Shown here one piece after another: positions 1-14,148 of a stretch of DNA of 64,000 nt. Numbering within the stretch: the stretch's first letter is position 1; each line of letters starts with the position of its first letter. A program made the position numbers and the translations under genes. The stretch covers positions 185,938,001 to 186,002,000 of the forward strand of contig OZ024741.1 in assembly GCA_964016885.1 (NCBI GenBank), read 5' to 3'. Origin of the DNA: Eledone cirrhosa. Lineage: Eukaryota. The notes beneath the pieces are model-generated. The model saw nothing but the letters and a program-made list of their open reading frames with translations, had not been told where the DNA came from and made no database searches.

Positions 1-703
1 TTCATTGTTACGCTATTTGATTGAAAGCCGGAAGTACGAGTCACTGAGAAATATTTCTAGAAATAGCAGTGAAACGCTCTCTTAAAACACAGACCTTACT
101 TTTCCAAACGGAATAACACATTGACTTGTTTCGTTCTCGATATAATATCTAATAAAGAAATGTTGCATTAACACGGGCAGTGCGCCATTGATCTTAAACA
201 GGCTTGACCATAGCTGACATTAGGTTAAACAACAATAACAATAATAGCAATCACACGTGGCTGGGTGAAGGGCGATATTGAGTTTTAGGTGATTTGAACT
301 CAGAAGTTAAGAAAAACATGACTATGCACCACAAAAACATTTGTCCGTCTCTTTAAAGATTGTACAATCCAGTTTACTTCCGTATTAATAAGAATAGTTT
401 TATTGAAAACGTATCTGGAAATCGGCTTGCAGCCAAACGAACACTGCACGCTTCTCCAGAGTAGAAATTGTATTAAACTTTTTTACTATAATAAACAAAA
501 TCACGCAAATCCACACATAAATACATACACAAATACACATTTAATTCTTAGCTTACTTAATACTGATTAGTTGTAAAATAAACACAGACACACACAGATA
601 CACACACACATGCATACATACATACAGACAATCACATCTAAATGATGCATTGCCTAATATGAATACCTCACTTCAAAAATAAACAAAAGCACACACACAC
701 ACA

Positions 704-759
<56 letters not shown>

Positions 760-1230
760 TTCATAAAGTCTGACACACACAGTCACACACTTACACACAG
801 ACACACAGAGAAACCCACAAATACAAAGCAAATAATGTGTTGCCTAATATTAAAACGTAATAGTTAAAAAAACACACAGAGATAAAATATTACTTCCACA
901 AACACACAGAAACAAAAATAAACTCTCTCTCACACATAGAGACAATTACAGATACAAAAACATACACATATAAACGTACACATACACAGCTAAATGGTCT
1001 GTTCCCTAACACTGGTCTGGCTTGATTCTATCAGACTTAGAAGAGAAATGAAAGAGAAAATTGAATTTGGCAATTTTTCAAGTCAAAGATGATAATGAAT
1101 ATGGGGTTAGGGGCTTATTCCTATGCACTTGCATTCAAACTATCTAAACAACACCCACGAGGGGAATTTCATGTAATTATACAGTATTTCTCTCCCATGA
1201 GGGGAAGAAGCATGCATCTCCCTCTCTCTC

Positions 1231-1311
<81 letters not shown>

Positions 1312-1336
1312 CACACACACACATATATATATATAT

Positions 1337-1379
<43 letters not shown>

Positions 1380-2130
1380 ATGTGTGTGTGTGTGTTTATT
1401 TATTCATCTTTTTTTTCGTTACTGTTTCGAAATAGAAAAATGAGAAAAAGTTAGTCAACAAACAAAAGATGAAAATTATAAAGGAAACTCTGAAATTAAA
1501 AAAAAAGAAATAGATAAGGAAAAATAGACGAGGTGGTGGGGAAGGAGTTAAGGGCAGAACATTGAAGATAGAAATGGAAAATTTTAAAACTAAATTGAAA
1601 TGGAAAAAGAAGCTATATCATTCGCTTCTTTTATTTGGTTTTTATATTTTACATGTTTTCTTTATCTAGGTTTATTATTGAGAATTGTTGATTTTTTTAA
1701 AAATTAATATTGTTTCTTTGTTACTTGGGTTTATGGAAATTTTTGGGGGTGACTTTTTTTTTTAATGTAATTAACGCCGTAAGAGATTGGCTGTTGAAAC
1801 ACACGAACAATGCATACATTCACATATATACATACATTGACAAAGGAGAGAAGGTAATGTAAAGAAAGTGGGTGGTGCTTTCTGCCCCTGTAGAATTAAT
1901 GGTGCACATGTCTTTAGAATCACACCTGAAGTCACGGTACGCACATTAAGCCTTTTCTCACAAAGTTAATCCCCCTAAGAGATTTATTTAATACAGTAAA
2001 ATTCTGATAATTATTGCGAGCTGCTGAGTCCAGTTGATACTTATGTCGAAATAGAATAGACAGGTTGGAGGTTCGCCGCATATCAAGAAACATGTTCAAA
2101 ACCGAGTTAGTTGAGCTAATTTTATATAAT

Positions 2131-2314
2131 TGTTACTACTTTAGGCACAAGGCCAGCAATTACCCAGTGCATTACTGGTACTTTATTTTATCGACCCCGT
2201 AAGGATGAAAGGCAAAGTCAACCTCGGCGGGATTTGAACTCAGATCGTAAAGGGACGTAACTATGCTGGAAAGCATGGCGTCCGACCGACCCTCTACCGA
2301 TACTGCCAATCCAC
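2131..2314 (-). mobile_element. tRNA-derived SINE, near full-length, with 11-bp TSD
   Basis: Reverse complement of the copy at 28122-28306. The minus strand has A-box-like TGGCAGTATCGG and B-box GAGTTCAAATCCC. TSD TTTTATATAAT at 2120-2130 and 2315-2325. Confidence 0.85.
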
Positions 2315-3299
2315 TTTTATATAATGTTCTGGCGTTACTTGACACCAGGTTAAACCTGATTGAGCAGAATTATGATGTAAGGAATTCCTACTTTGATGAT
2401 CTATTTTATTAAGCTTCACCAGTGGAGATAAACCATTCGTCAGTGCTTGCAGACACTGTCATAATTAGCTTGCCACATAGAGTGTCCATAGAAGGAAAAG
2501 CATCGACTTTTGCTTGGAAAAGAGATTAAATGATAAATTAATTTCGAATGGGTTGTAATTACATATACAAGTAATACAAGCATTAGTTTACTTAGTTTCG
2601 AAACCTGAAATAATAACGAGCTCTGATTCGGAATATGTTAGAAGCATTATACATACATCGGATATTGTCATTACTTGCTGGCTCCGTATTAAATCATTTG
2701 CTATATGGAATGTTGATATTTTCATAATAACAAAGTTGACTGACCCTGTGAAACATGATCAAATTTAATTACAAAGGGTATTCATTACATATTTAAATAA
2801 TAAAAATATTGGCTTGATCACTTCCAATATATTCAACATATAATATGCTCTACCTAATTGATGCAATTCTGAATAATTTTGACATTGTTAGTAATTTAAT
2901 TTCATACATTTAGTTCGTGAGGCATCTAATTACTTGCTCTATTGTTTCTAAAGATGTATAATCATTAGATTGTTTCATATTTATAAGGATAATTTTATTT
3001 TGAAGGAATCACCTCATGCCGATTGCGCCCTGAATTTATTTCACATAAAAGCTACACAGGCAAATATATGAGGAGATACGGATATATTAGGTGTGCAGAG
3101 TTTCATGCTTTTTAAATACTATGCGAACAACAACACTTGTTTATTGTAGCCAGGTTGCATTTTTTTTGTCGCTTTCCGTATGTGCACATGCAGAAGATCT
3201 TTCTATCATTTATAGGATCCGAATAAAAATGAAATGAACTATAAACCTAAACTAAATGCGTAGAAATAATTTGATCTAGAGGAAATATTTGACATCTAA

Positions 3300-4520
3300 A
3301 GTCAAAGCTTTCCTTGAGACACAGCAGGAAGATCGGATGTCTTCATTCGTAGCTGTTGATGTAGATCATGTGAGAACCATTCAGAAAAAGGGAAAATAAA
3401 ATTCATGATATGAAAATAAGAAAGAAAGCAGGATGAAGAAGTCAAGAATATATCCAAGAAAGTAGCCCTCGAAAGTTCATCATCCAGCTCAGCTATTAGT
3501 GATGAAAATGATAAAATCTTCAAGTCAGCAACTACCCAAAAAATCAATGTGAATAAAGGAGGCTGTCGACACCGTGCTTTAGAAAGGAAAACTTACATAC
3601 AGTTTAGAAAATATTCTCTAATAATATAGTGACCGATGGCATTTACATAGTCATACGCTTTGAGTCAATAGGATTACGTCGACCATTAAAGCATAATAGT
3701 TAAATATGTGCAAGCGTGTTTTGTGGTAGTTCTGAAGAAAGAGACAGAGTTCATGGTCTTCACTGACCCAAGTTCCGGGAGATCAGTTTCGGTGATGCTC
3801 CTCTTAAACTACTCATTTTTGGAAGATATGAGCTGTGAGGAAGTTTCATAAGACTGACTTTCTGAGCAATGCATAGATATTAGCGCCAGGTATGGTGTTG
3901 GGTAAAAATAACATTGATGTTGAGATAAATGGAGTAAACGAGTAACTCGTCAAAATAAAAGTGCTGAAATGAGACCGGCAAGCTCTATAGAACAGATACA
4001 ATTGTAGTAGCGGTCAAGTAAGCAGAGGTAGAAGTCAATACATTTGTGGACCAGAAGCTAGAAATTGTTCTTGAGTGACTTTATGCCGATTTAGCTAAGT
4101 GGCCAGGATTTCAATGTAATCAACAGCTGAACTGTCCCTTGTGTGGGAGAATTATGTATTCCATTGTGGAATTTACCTAAACAACTTGATAAAGGGAAAA
4201 ATTATATTTTTTAGGTATCAGGATTCTTTCTGCATTGAGGAGAATAAATATTATTTAAATTCTTCATTCGGATCAAGGCAGGGAAAACCGGCAATTCCGA
4301 AATCTCAATAAATGAAGATTGTTTTTTTATAATGTTTGCAGTGGAAAGGATAAAAGCATTATGAATAGTATTTTATTCACTGCAGAAATATTACAAGCAA
4401 GGTAATTGATGATATGGTTCTTTCTGCTATCGACCAAAGAAAGATGAAATGCAAAAGCTAAGTTTGAGAATTTGACCTCAAAACATTTTTGCCGCGTAAC
4501 TGGGATCATCAGACATTTCT
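3300..4520 (+). pseudogene. Possible highly decayed DNA-transposon (hAT/hATm-like) transposase relic
   Basis: Complex non-repetitive block with broken + frames (KAFLETQQEDRMSSFVAVD at ~3304, EIVL at ~4061, IIFLG at ~4201) that resemble such transposases. Many stops and frameshifts; not verified by alignment. Confidence 0.25.
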
Positions 4521-4995
4521 CCGGCAATGTATCAATTGTAAAATCAACTATCCTACATATTACTGCAACTTATTTCTCACTTTGATAAACAATCACGTTA
4601 GATTAAAAGACTTTGACATCGTCGATTAAAATTATTTTGCGCGTTTAATTGCCCATTATGTCGACCCCTTAAAATGATGAGAAGCAAAGCTGATACGCAG
4701 CAAGATTTCACATCATAGCCTATATAACCCAAATATTTTGTCTAGGAGGTTACCAAATTCTGCCATCAACAGACGTTCTTATAATAGTAATTTCTAACCC
4801 ATACCTAGGGTTTAGGAGACGTGTCAGTTAAATCGAGCCATTATATAAATGACTCATATTTCTTCGACACTAGAACTTTGAGATGAATATTAAATTGGAT
4901 GGGTTTCAATTCCGAACGTATAACATCGTGATAATACTGGAATCCATAATTCTCCTCTTTGTATTTTTCTCTCTCTTACTCTCACACATTCTCTC

Positions 4996-5280
<285 letters not shown>

Positions 5281-5281
<1 letters not shown>

Positions 5282-5566
5282 GTGGCTGCCAACTCGTTTT
5301 CGAGTACGGCCACTACTAGTAGAAGCCCTACCGATGCGCTGAACGAGTGCGACATTTTAGTCCAGCCAGCGACTTGAAAACTCTGGTACAAACACTACAC
5401 TTGTGACAATTATTGACACATAGTGCTAGGCCCTTGGTACCATGTGACGACAAGTGCAGAGAGATTTCCAGATATAAAGCAATGCCTGTGCCGTGAAGCT
5501 TTTTGGTAAATATCATCTTGGTTAAGAGAGTGGGACTAGCTTTGTGCAGTGCCTTTGCTCACTATA
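5281..5566 (-). mobile_element. RTE-derived non-autonomous element, copy 1 (5'-truncated, 5' segment inverted)
   Basis: Matches 17477-, 19911- and the reverse complement of 23619-24219. Segment 5504-5566 is inverted relative to the full-length copies. Carries a C2H2-like remnant [23 protein letters not shown]. Confidence 0.85.
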
Positions 5567-5613
5567 TATATATGTATACATACATATATACATACATACA
5601 TACATATATATAT

Positions 5614-6049
5614 GTCAACTCTGGATGTCGGTGAGCATGTCCAGCCAACCTCAGTCTCCTCTGTGTCACTTTTGAGCTGACTTTTGGGATGCTCCCATAC
5701 ACCTCTGAGTTTTTCATCCTCAGTGTATACTGATTAATGTTCAGAGCCATCCTCAGCATTCTCGTGTAGCACCCATCCACCATCTGAGTGAGTTTCTTGG
5801 TCAGTGTCCAAGTCTCAGACCCATACAGCAGCACAGACTCCACTACAGCAATGAAGAGGCGGATTTTCAGGTCTCTACATGGACACACTAGAAGAGGAAG
5901 ACCAAGGTTAACATATGTTGATGCCCTAAGGATAGACACTGGTCTGTTGGAGATGCAGGATATGGCAGCGATAATGAGGGACAGAGACCGCTGGAGAGAA
6001 CTCGTCCATGGATCTCGGGAATTTTACCCGCCTTAGATAGATAGATAGA
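5614..6049 (+). mobile_element. RTE-clade LINE 3' end with inverted 5' segment
   Basis: Minus strand 5614-5878 encodes LKIRLFIAVVESVLLYGSETWTLTK...GCYTRMLRMAL...RRLRLAGHAHRHPELT. Plus strand 5879-6036 encodes HGHTRRGRPRLTYVDALRIDTG...DRDRWRELV*, followed by a (TAGA)n tail. Both are typical RTE ORF2 C-terminal motifs. Confidence 0.9.
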
Positions 6050-6056
6050 TATATAT

Positions 6057-6550
6057 GTAGGAGCTGAATTATAGTGTAGAACAATAAAACTATGCATATA
6101 TCAGATAAGTAGCACTCAACAGTTGATAGAACTGGAGTATATATAGAAGATAATATTTGTAATGTAAGCACATAAACCTCATCAATTTATTTATTTATAT
6201 TTTTTAGCCGTTATTCACAGCTGTTTTTCATTTTTGACAGCGTTTCCCGATCAAAAGTCTCTCACTCTCTCTCCTTTCTCTTTCCTCCTTCCTTCTTAAT
6301 TTTCCTTCTCTTTTATGTGTTTTTCCTTTTCCCTCTTCCTTGTTTTCTCCAAACTTCTCTCTCCTTATATATTTTTTTTGTCATATGTTGGATGGACACT
6401 TTCTTGTTCATAAGTGTTTTTAGGCATCATATCATGTTACCTTATTTTATCTGATGAGAACGCAATTATCGTCTCAGGATGTTATTTGTTTTTGAAATGC
6501 GCATAATAAAATATATGGAACTTTTTTAACCATCTTTTAATTTCTTCTAT
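6057..6550. mobile_element. Penelope-like remnant (tail plus inverted pseudo-LTR), diverged relative of the element at 20686-22486
   Basis: 6057-6150 matches 20686-20783, and ~6380-6548 matches 22314-22486. Flanked by TA repeats. Confidence 0.8.
6443..6513 (+). ncRNA. Minimal type-I hammerhead ribozyme
   Basis: TATTTTAT-CTGATGA-[stem II]-GAAA-TGCGCA-TA-ATAAAATA: stem I pairs, the core is intact, stem III is palindromic and the cleavage triplet is AUA. Confidence 0.8.
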
Positions 6551-6564
6551 ATATATATATATAT

Positions 6565-6666
6565 TGAAAGGATAACAAGGACGATTGATTACTCCTTCAT
6601 TGCATTTATTGATAGGTGACGCGCGTTTCGCCACTGATCAGCTCAAGGTTACTAGTTACACCCCCT

Positions 6667-6668
<2 letters not shown>
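6565..6668 (-). mobile_element. Short TA-flanked insert carrying the 3' half of a PLE-type hammerhead
   Basis: Minus strand GC-GAAAC-GCGC-GTC-ACCT at 6614-6631. The canonical CTGANGA half is not intact. Confidence 0.5.
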
Positions 6669-6702
<34 letters not shown>

Positions 6703-6703
6703 G

Positions 6704-6826
<123 letters not shown>

Positions 6827-7214
6827 GTGTGTGTATGCATATATACATACATATAACATACATACATATATATATATATCAATCTCAGTAAACCTCTCTA
6901 TCTCTATATCTTATTGGCAACCATCTCCCGCTCTATCAGTCTCCCTCTCTTACTCATACTCTCTCATCCTCTCTATCTCTCGCTTTATCTTTCTTCTCGA
7001 GCTGCCTTCAGATCTAGTGCGAGTTGGGCTCCGCCTAGTTTACATGCCTGATATGCCATGTGCCAGTACAGCATCCCTATGACTCCATCAGGATTTATGT
7101 GCCGTTTCCTTTCGTTTTGCCAGATTTCTATCCTCCTCTCTAACATAAGGAAAAAGCTAAGAAGTTTCAGAAAAGTGTCATCAAAGCCAAATAATTCATT
7201 ATGATATATATCAT

Positions 7215-7790
7215 ACCTGGTATAATGAAAGTTAAATTCGACTATGACGAGATTTGAACTGTAAAGTACTGTAAATTTATTACTGAAGGAATACCCTCCA
7301 TCGTTCTATCAAATCTATTGTTCACAAAGGTAACTAATATTGCTTTCTCATTTAAGCAAAAGATCGCCAATTTGTGAGGAGCGGAAAGCCGATTATATCG
7401 CCCTCGTACTTTACTGGTTCAATTATATCGGTTCCGGAAAAATGAAAGTTGAAGATGAGTTTTGTGTGATTTGAACTCAGAACATAAAGTTACGCAACTA
7501 TTTAAATGCTACAAAGCAATTTTTTTGGCGTTCTAATGATTCTACCAATTCACTGTGCAACCACAGAAACTAACGATGGATTCTATCAGCACCAGGTGTC
7601 ATATTTTGTAGATAAGACAAAGTCAATTAAATCATGTGCCACCACGATTGGTTGTTTATTTTTTGACCCATGAAGTATAAAATGTCACACTGACCTCATG
7701 AAAATAGGAATAGATGTAACTGAATATTGAAAATATATTTTGTCCTGGGTTTTTAACAAATCTGCCAACGACTCATTAAACAACAGCAGC
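7215..7790 (-). mobile_element. Cluster of old, diverged SINE fragments (same family type as 2131-2314)
   Basis: Recurrent motifs ATGAAAG...GATTTGAACTCAGAAC and TACTGGT at ~7225-7260 and ~7410-7490. Similar relics lie at ~265-310, 4660-4710 and 15980-16050. Confidence 0.55.
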
Positions 7791-8279
7791 AACTAAATCA
7801 GCACCAAGAGACTCCACCCCAATCCTTTCATATTCGGTTGGATTTCTAGTTCCATTTTAGGTAAAATATTTTCTAATTAGAACTCCTTTAGCACCGCCCT
7901 TCATTTGCAATTTTTAAATGATCATGACGTATGAAAGCAACCCCCCTAAACACAAACATTTTTATAGATTGATAGACAGATAGATAGACAGATATAGTCA
8001 GAACTCAGCAGAAAAATGTCTGCGGGTCTCTCTACACTCTATTGTATTATCGAAAAAAAAGGAGACATTAAATAATGCCTTACTACGTCCGCGTAAAGTG
8101 TCGACCTCGATCACATATTGTCTGCATTTTGGAAGGCCTCGGATGAAACACGCAAGAGAACGCAATACATCTGACAACAGCTGAACGTTCGGTAAACCTA
8201 ATCAACTTTCACTATATGGATAACATGAAAGATCAATATATAATAGAGCCAGATTTCATTATGTATCTAGATTAAAAAT

Positions 8280-9060
8280 AATCACATGTTGGACGACGTT
8301 ATCGTGAGTGGTGCGGCTGAGACGGTAGTTGAAGACCTTCAGCAAATCATACCAGCGCTAAAGCTCCTTGGACTTGAGATCAACCTATCCAATTCTGGGG
8401 TGACAAACGTCAGTTACGGAGAGGCCCAATATCACAACGCCGTTCCTAGCACCCTTCCTGTACTGTAGGGGGCTGGGGTAACACCCAAAGACACCTCATG
8501 TATTCTCGGCTCTCCAATTCTCTTGAAAGCCATAAGAGAATGCCTGGAGACCAAGTATGCAGATTTGTCCCGAATGGCAGACAGGTTGTGTTCATTGATG
8601 CTAAACGGCGCTCTTTCACTTCGGGAAATGCTTCACCCTCCCCAAATAATTGTTCACGCTGCGCGGTGCATATTGTCACCCCTACGCAGATCTTTTCGGT
8701 GATTTTGACGCTAGCATCCATCGTTGTACGAACAATATCAGCTTCAACACCACCGGCTAGCAACACACGAAGCTCCCAGCGAGGTTTGTTGGTCTCGGTC
8801 TCCGACCACCTTCGGATCTCATTGTACCGGCCTAATTTTCTTCAATCTCTTTAAATCACGCCCTCGTCACCGAGTTCCTCAGCAAAACAGCAAAACCTGA
8901 CGGGGGCCCATAGCTTGAACAGGGCCTGGTTGACTGGACAAGCTTCTCTGTGCCCCAGTATACAAATGTCCAACGTAATTGGGACGACATCAAACGCAGA
9001 CTTTCTTTCTGGCGGATCGCCAGAAGTGTCCTACTATTGACCAATGCCTTGTCCATTAAA
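8280..9060 (+). pseudogene. Decayed non-LTR reverse transcriptase, probably CRE-like (RLE clade)
   Basis: Broken + frames: MLDDVIVSG..VVEDLQQI..LGLEIN (YxDD region), ILGSPIL, CFTLPK*LFTLRGA and RFVGLGLR (GGLG motif), in the expected order. Confidence 0.6.
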
Positions 9061-9787
9061 TGAAGAAGGTCGAAACGGCAGGAGCTTAGCCGTCGGACCC
9101 TGATTCTCTACTATATATATATTTATGGGTGTGTTTGTCTGTCTGTGTTTATGTACCGTAATTGCCTTTCGAGTAAAACGACTTTAGTGGAGTCGTTTTG
9201 TTCATGAAAACCCGACCATATTTACATTAAATTCCATAACGTTCCACAATGATCCATAAAATTAAAAAGTTAGCTAAAGCTCTATTGATGATCAATGATG
9301 GTCAACCCGGACAATTTTGTATATCACCACTCTGCAGAATTCGTGTATAGAGTACTTTGAAAGATTTTCGCAAAAGAAAACACGTGTTTTAATAATTTGA
9401 GCAATATAAGTATACTTTAGGATTCTAAACATATATTAAACCTAAACGTCTTCAAACTCTTTATATGTGATTGTCTAGGTTCAACGATGAGAGATTTCAG
9501 TTCACTGACATTTCACAATATTTAGATCTCGTATAGTTGGTTGACTGTCATTCTGTTGTATATAACTTATTTAAAATCAAATATCATTTATTCAACCTCC
9601 GGTGGAAACATTTCGAATAAGTTCTAAAATAACAGATAAATACATTAGTGTACCAACTTGTAATATGTATATATATGTATGTATATATACATGCCTTCAA
9701 CTGTGTATAATTCATTTAGATTGAACGGCATATATAATGCTGTAGGCAAGTTACTTATTCATTTCTTTTGCAAACGTGACTACATTG

Positions 9788-9863
<76 letters not shown>

Positions 9864-9864
9864 T

Positions 9865-9908
<44 letters not shown>

Positions 9909-9920
9909 GATATGTACAAA

Positions 9921-9996
<76 letters not shown>

Positions 9997-9998
9997 AA

Positions 9999-10042
<44 letters not shown>

Positions 10043-10386
10043 TATGTATACGTACATACATATATGTATACAGACGTACAGTACTATGTATATATATACA
10101 TGCATGCACACATATATATATGTACGTATGGGTTTACCGAACATTTATTATAATGCTCGGTTTGTTTGTAAATAAACAGCCCGAATTAAGCCCTACAGTG
10201 TTTAGCCACCATCGGTGCTCTTTTGTTCAACACCGACAAAGGAACAATGTACTAGTTTCAAGCTTATTAGCTATCTTCAGCATCGTATACCTTCCTGCCA
10301 GATGATTGAACGTCTGAAAGTATATACTTTCCTTATGCATATTAACGTCTGAGCAGCGTATTTTGCATATCGAGTGAGTTAGTCGG

Positions 10387-10427
10387 CCGTGATGTTTGCT
10401 CTAATCTGATTAGAGCAAACATCACGG
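10387..10427. repeat. Perfect 41-bp palindrome
   Basis: CCGTGATGTTTGCTCTAATC-T-GATTAGAGCAAACATCACGG (20-bp arms, 1-nt spacer). Confidence 0.95.
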
Positions 10428-10700
10428 GCGATCTATCTCAAAACTATTTTGAAAAGCATTAGAAATGCGCAACCGGTAAAAACTTAAAACTAAAACCGAA
10501 TACTAACCAATACTTATTACTAATTTTTTCTTATTCCTAATTAAACTATTTTTCACTGGGAAAATTTGTCAGCATTTTCTTTTCCTTTTACTAATATATA
10601 ACCCTTGTTTATAATAACCACACATCTCCTTTCGGTTCTTATCATTTTGTATATATATATATATTGATATATATATATATATAATGATATATATATATTG

Positions 10701-10749
<49 letters not shown>

Positions 10750-10752
<3 letters not shown>

Positions 10753-11183
10753 AAGATGAAAGTGCATATAAAAACCCTTAACAGAAAAGGGATATAAGAA
10801 CCTGCGTAACTAAAAACTACACCTTAATGCTTGCCCGGCAGAAATGTTTCTCACACCAATAATTATTGCAATGCTATACATACACAGTGAACAATGAAGA
10901 AAGAAACGTGTCTTTAGAAACCTTGAGCAACATTTGTTGCCATCTTGTTTTTGTTGACACGAGACACAAAAAGAAGATGGTGTAGGACAGCACAAAGGAG
11001 ACACATAAAGTAAAAACCTAATCACTGAGGAGGGCAGACAATGTGTGACGAAAGAGCTTTGACAATATATAAACAACCATCTGGTTATCGAACCAACCAA
11101 CCGGAAATTTATAATAAATTGAAGTGAAAACCAACAGGGGCATGTGTTATTTTATTGGCAGCATGGCCCTTCCAAAGTATAAC
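10750..11183 (+). mobile_element. TA-flanked insert, probable PLE pseudo-LTR relic
   Basis: Degenerate hammerhead core CTGAGGA...GAAAGAGCTT at 11025-11060. Its 3' end (11121-11183) is homologous to the palindrome arm at 12725-12813. Confidence 0.5.
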
Positions 11184-12228
11184 TATATATATATATATAT
11201 ATACATATATATTCAGGTGCTGCTCTGTGTAGCACGGTGAACTTTCATGACATTATATTCAGAAAATAAACAAACAATATTGCTTTTATGTTGTTTTATA
11301 CAACTGCTATGATTCTTCAGAGAGCAGGTTTGTGAGATGCAGTCGATTTTCTGCGTTGGACGACAATATTATTAAATCTAAATTGATGGTCAAGATGTGG
11401 CTGAAATCACATATATTTCTGATTTTGTATACAATTGGTGTCAAACGTATCGGCTGTAGTTTATTGTATAACCTAAGTCATCAAACATTGGCGGAGTTAT
11501 TATATCATCTCTTTACTATTGTTGTGGTTTGTCGCCTACTATCAAATTTCTTTTACGAAATGAAAGATTCATATCAAAGATGCTACAAATTGTTAAACCT
11601 GTGGTTCTTCTCCCCTACCTCCATATCTATACTCGATTGCTTCATACACATTCATTATGAAAACTTAAGATTTAGAGTGCCTTTCCTCAAATCGTGACAC
11701 AGATATTTTTAGTATTCCGCAGGTATATTACGGGTGCAATATCTCTAACCAATGTTAATAGTTTATTTACTGAAACAAACTATTCATGAGAAATCCGAAG
11801 AACTCAGTATCTGACACAGTAATTTGTAAAGACGTATACCAGCAGTTACTCTCCAGGCCAGAAGAACAGATACACGTAGTGGCATATCGTTGTGCTTGAG
11901 GAATTGACTGAGGCGGTAGAAGAAAGAATAAAGTGGTTTAAGAACAGCGAGATGATGCAAGTGTTGGAGAAGAGAAGAGAAATAAAATTGAAGGCTGCAA
12001 TTCAATCAGTGTAAGAGAGAAGACTGATAGGGTACATAAGGGGTAACAGTTGATCTTGACAGCAAATACCTCTTCAACCCATTTGCTAACAAAGATTCTA
12101 CATTTTCAGGCTGTGCAAGAAAAGCAAGATTTTAATAACGGTAGATCTGACAGTTCTTGGGCCAAAATCAATGATGTTTTCGACAAGAAGTACAGAAGGT
12201 AAGATGATCTACTACAACACATGTCACG

Positions 12229-12306
<78 letters not shown>

Positions 12307-12552
12307 CGTATATATGTGTGTAAGTATGCATAAATGTATGTATTTATATATATGTATTTAACCATAAGGTAAAATCTTATGTTGATATATTGTTACTCCA
12401 TCTAAGAAACTCTGCAGTTAGAAAGAATAAAACAGTTTAATGTGAGCATTGTACTTTGTTAAGGATGGTGGCCAGGTTGCGTTCCTATGTTTTGTAGCTG
12501 AAAGTAATGCGCATAAATATGATTTCATTGTTGTGTGTAAACGTATATACGA

Positions 12553-12577
<25 letters not shown>

Positions 12578-12583
<6 letters not shown>

Positions 12584-12813
12584 TTTGCGAGGTGTTTGAT
12601 ATGAAATCGTGTGTCGAAACAAATATTGTTATACTTGGGGAGGGTCATATTTGTGTAATAATATTGCCAGAATTAATAACAGAACACACTCACTGTTTGG
12701 TTGGTTTTCGCTTCTAAAGGACACAGAAGCGAAAACCAACCAAACAGTGAGTGTGTTCTGTTATTAATTCTGGCAATATTATTACACACATATGACCCTC
12801 CCCAAGTATAACA

Positions 12814-12817
<4 letters not shown>
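12578..12817. mobile_element. 93-bp inverted repeat (9-nt loop) with a ~45-nt one-sided extension, in (TA)n
   Basis: Arms at 12623-12715 and 12725-12817 with 1 mismatch; loop AAAGGACAC; unique 12578-12622 on the left only. Confidence 0.8.
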
Positions 12818-12907
<90 letters not shown>

Positions 12908-13287
12908 GGCTGTGTATACATTTTCGTTTTTTATGTGTGTGTATATGTGTGAGTGTATATGTGTGTGTATATGTGTATTTACATATATCTCTGAAAGTGT
13001 GCTGAAGGAGATAGCAGAAAACATAAAGCGGAAGGAAAGAAAGCAAGCAAGAAGAAAAGTGGGGAAAAAGGAAAGTGGAAGAAAAAACAAAGAAATGAAG
13101 GGAAGAAAGAATGAACAGTAATTGTACGATAAACGTTCAGACCAAGAACAGAGTTTGAAATCCTGGTAGAGCGTTTGAAGGGCTTTTTTAACCTTACCTT
13201 CCCTATCCTATACTATGTGTTATCTAGACTGAAATCTGTTCGTCATGTGAATTACAAGAGCTGCAGATTCAATTATACGATTTATAA

Positions 13288-13387
<100 letters not shown>

Positions 13388-13458
13388 ACGCACACACCCA
13401 CCCACACACACACACATTTATTTATACCTACATATATATATGTATATATATATATATA

Positions 13459-13524
<66 letters not shown>

Positions 13525-13944
13525 TGTGTGTGAGTGTGTATACATATATATATATATATGGAAGCATATGCGTGTACGAGCGTGTGTATATATACATATA
13601 TATAGAAGCATATGCGTGTGTGAGTTTATGTGCAGCCGTATATGCTAATGCGTGCAACTGATTGATTCCTGTATAGTGCCCGATATTTTGCGACGTACGA
13701 CTGCACTTTGTTTGCAAGCAGATGTAATGCATCTAAAAAGCTGTCTGCATTTCGTCAACATTTTAGCAATGTGCAGTGCAAAGCCTCTGCTTGCTGTTGC
13801 ACATTAGCTGCACATTGAGTCATTGGCTTCGCTTATGAGTCATAGTGCGTCGTGGCAAGATGCCCTTAAACGATACTTCAGGATTAGGGCTACGTGCAGA
13901 TTTTGCAAGCTGCATTATAAACAGAAGGCTTCTTTGTTCTGCAG

Positions 13945-14073
<129 letters not shown>

Positions 14074-14096
14074 TATATATATAGATATAGATACAT

Positions 14097-14148
<52 letters not shown>

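Noticed and set aside
4259-4290. Integrase-like ILHSDQGRE motif
   Set aside because: An isolated 9-aa match with no supporting integrase frame on either side.
11784-12210. Possible CR1/L2 LINE relic on the minus strand
   Set aside because: Only a vague resemblance (LLQHLHH...YSFFYR); not supportable without alignment.
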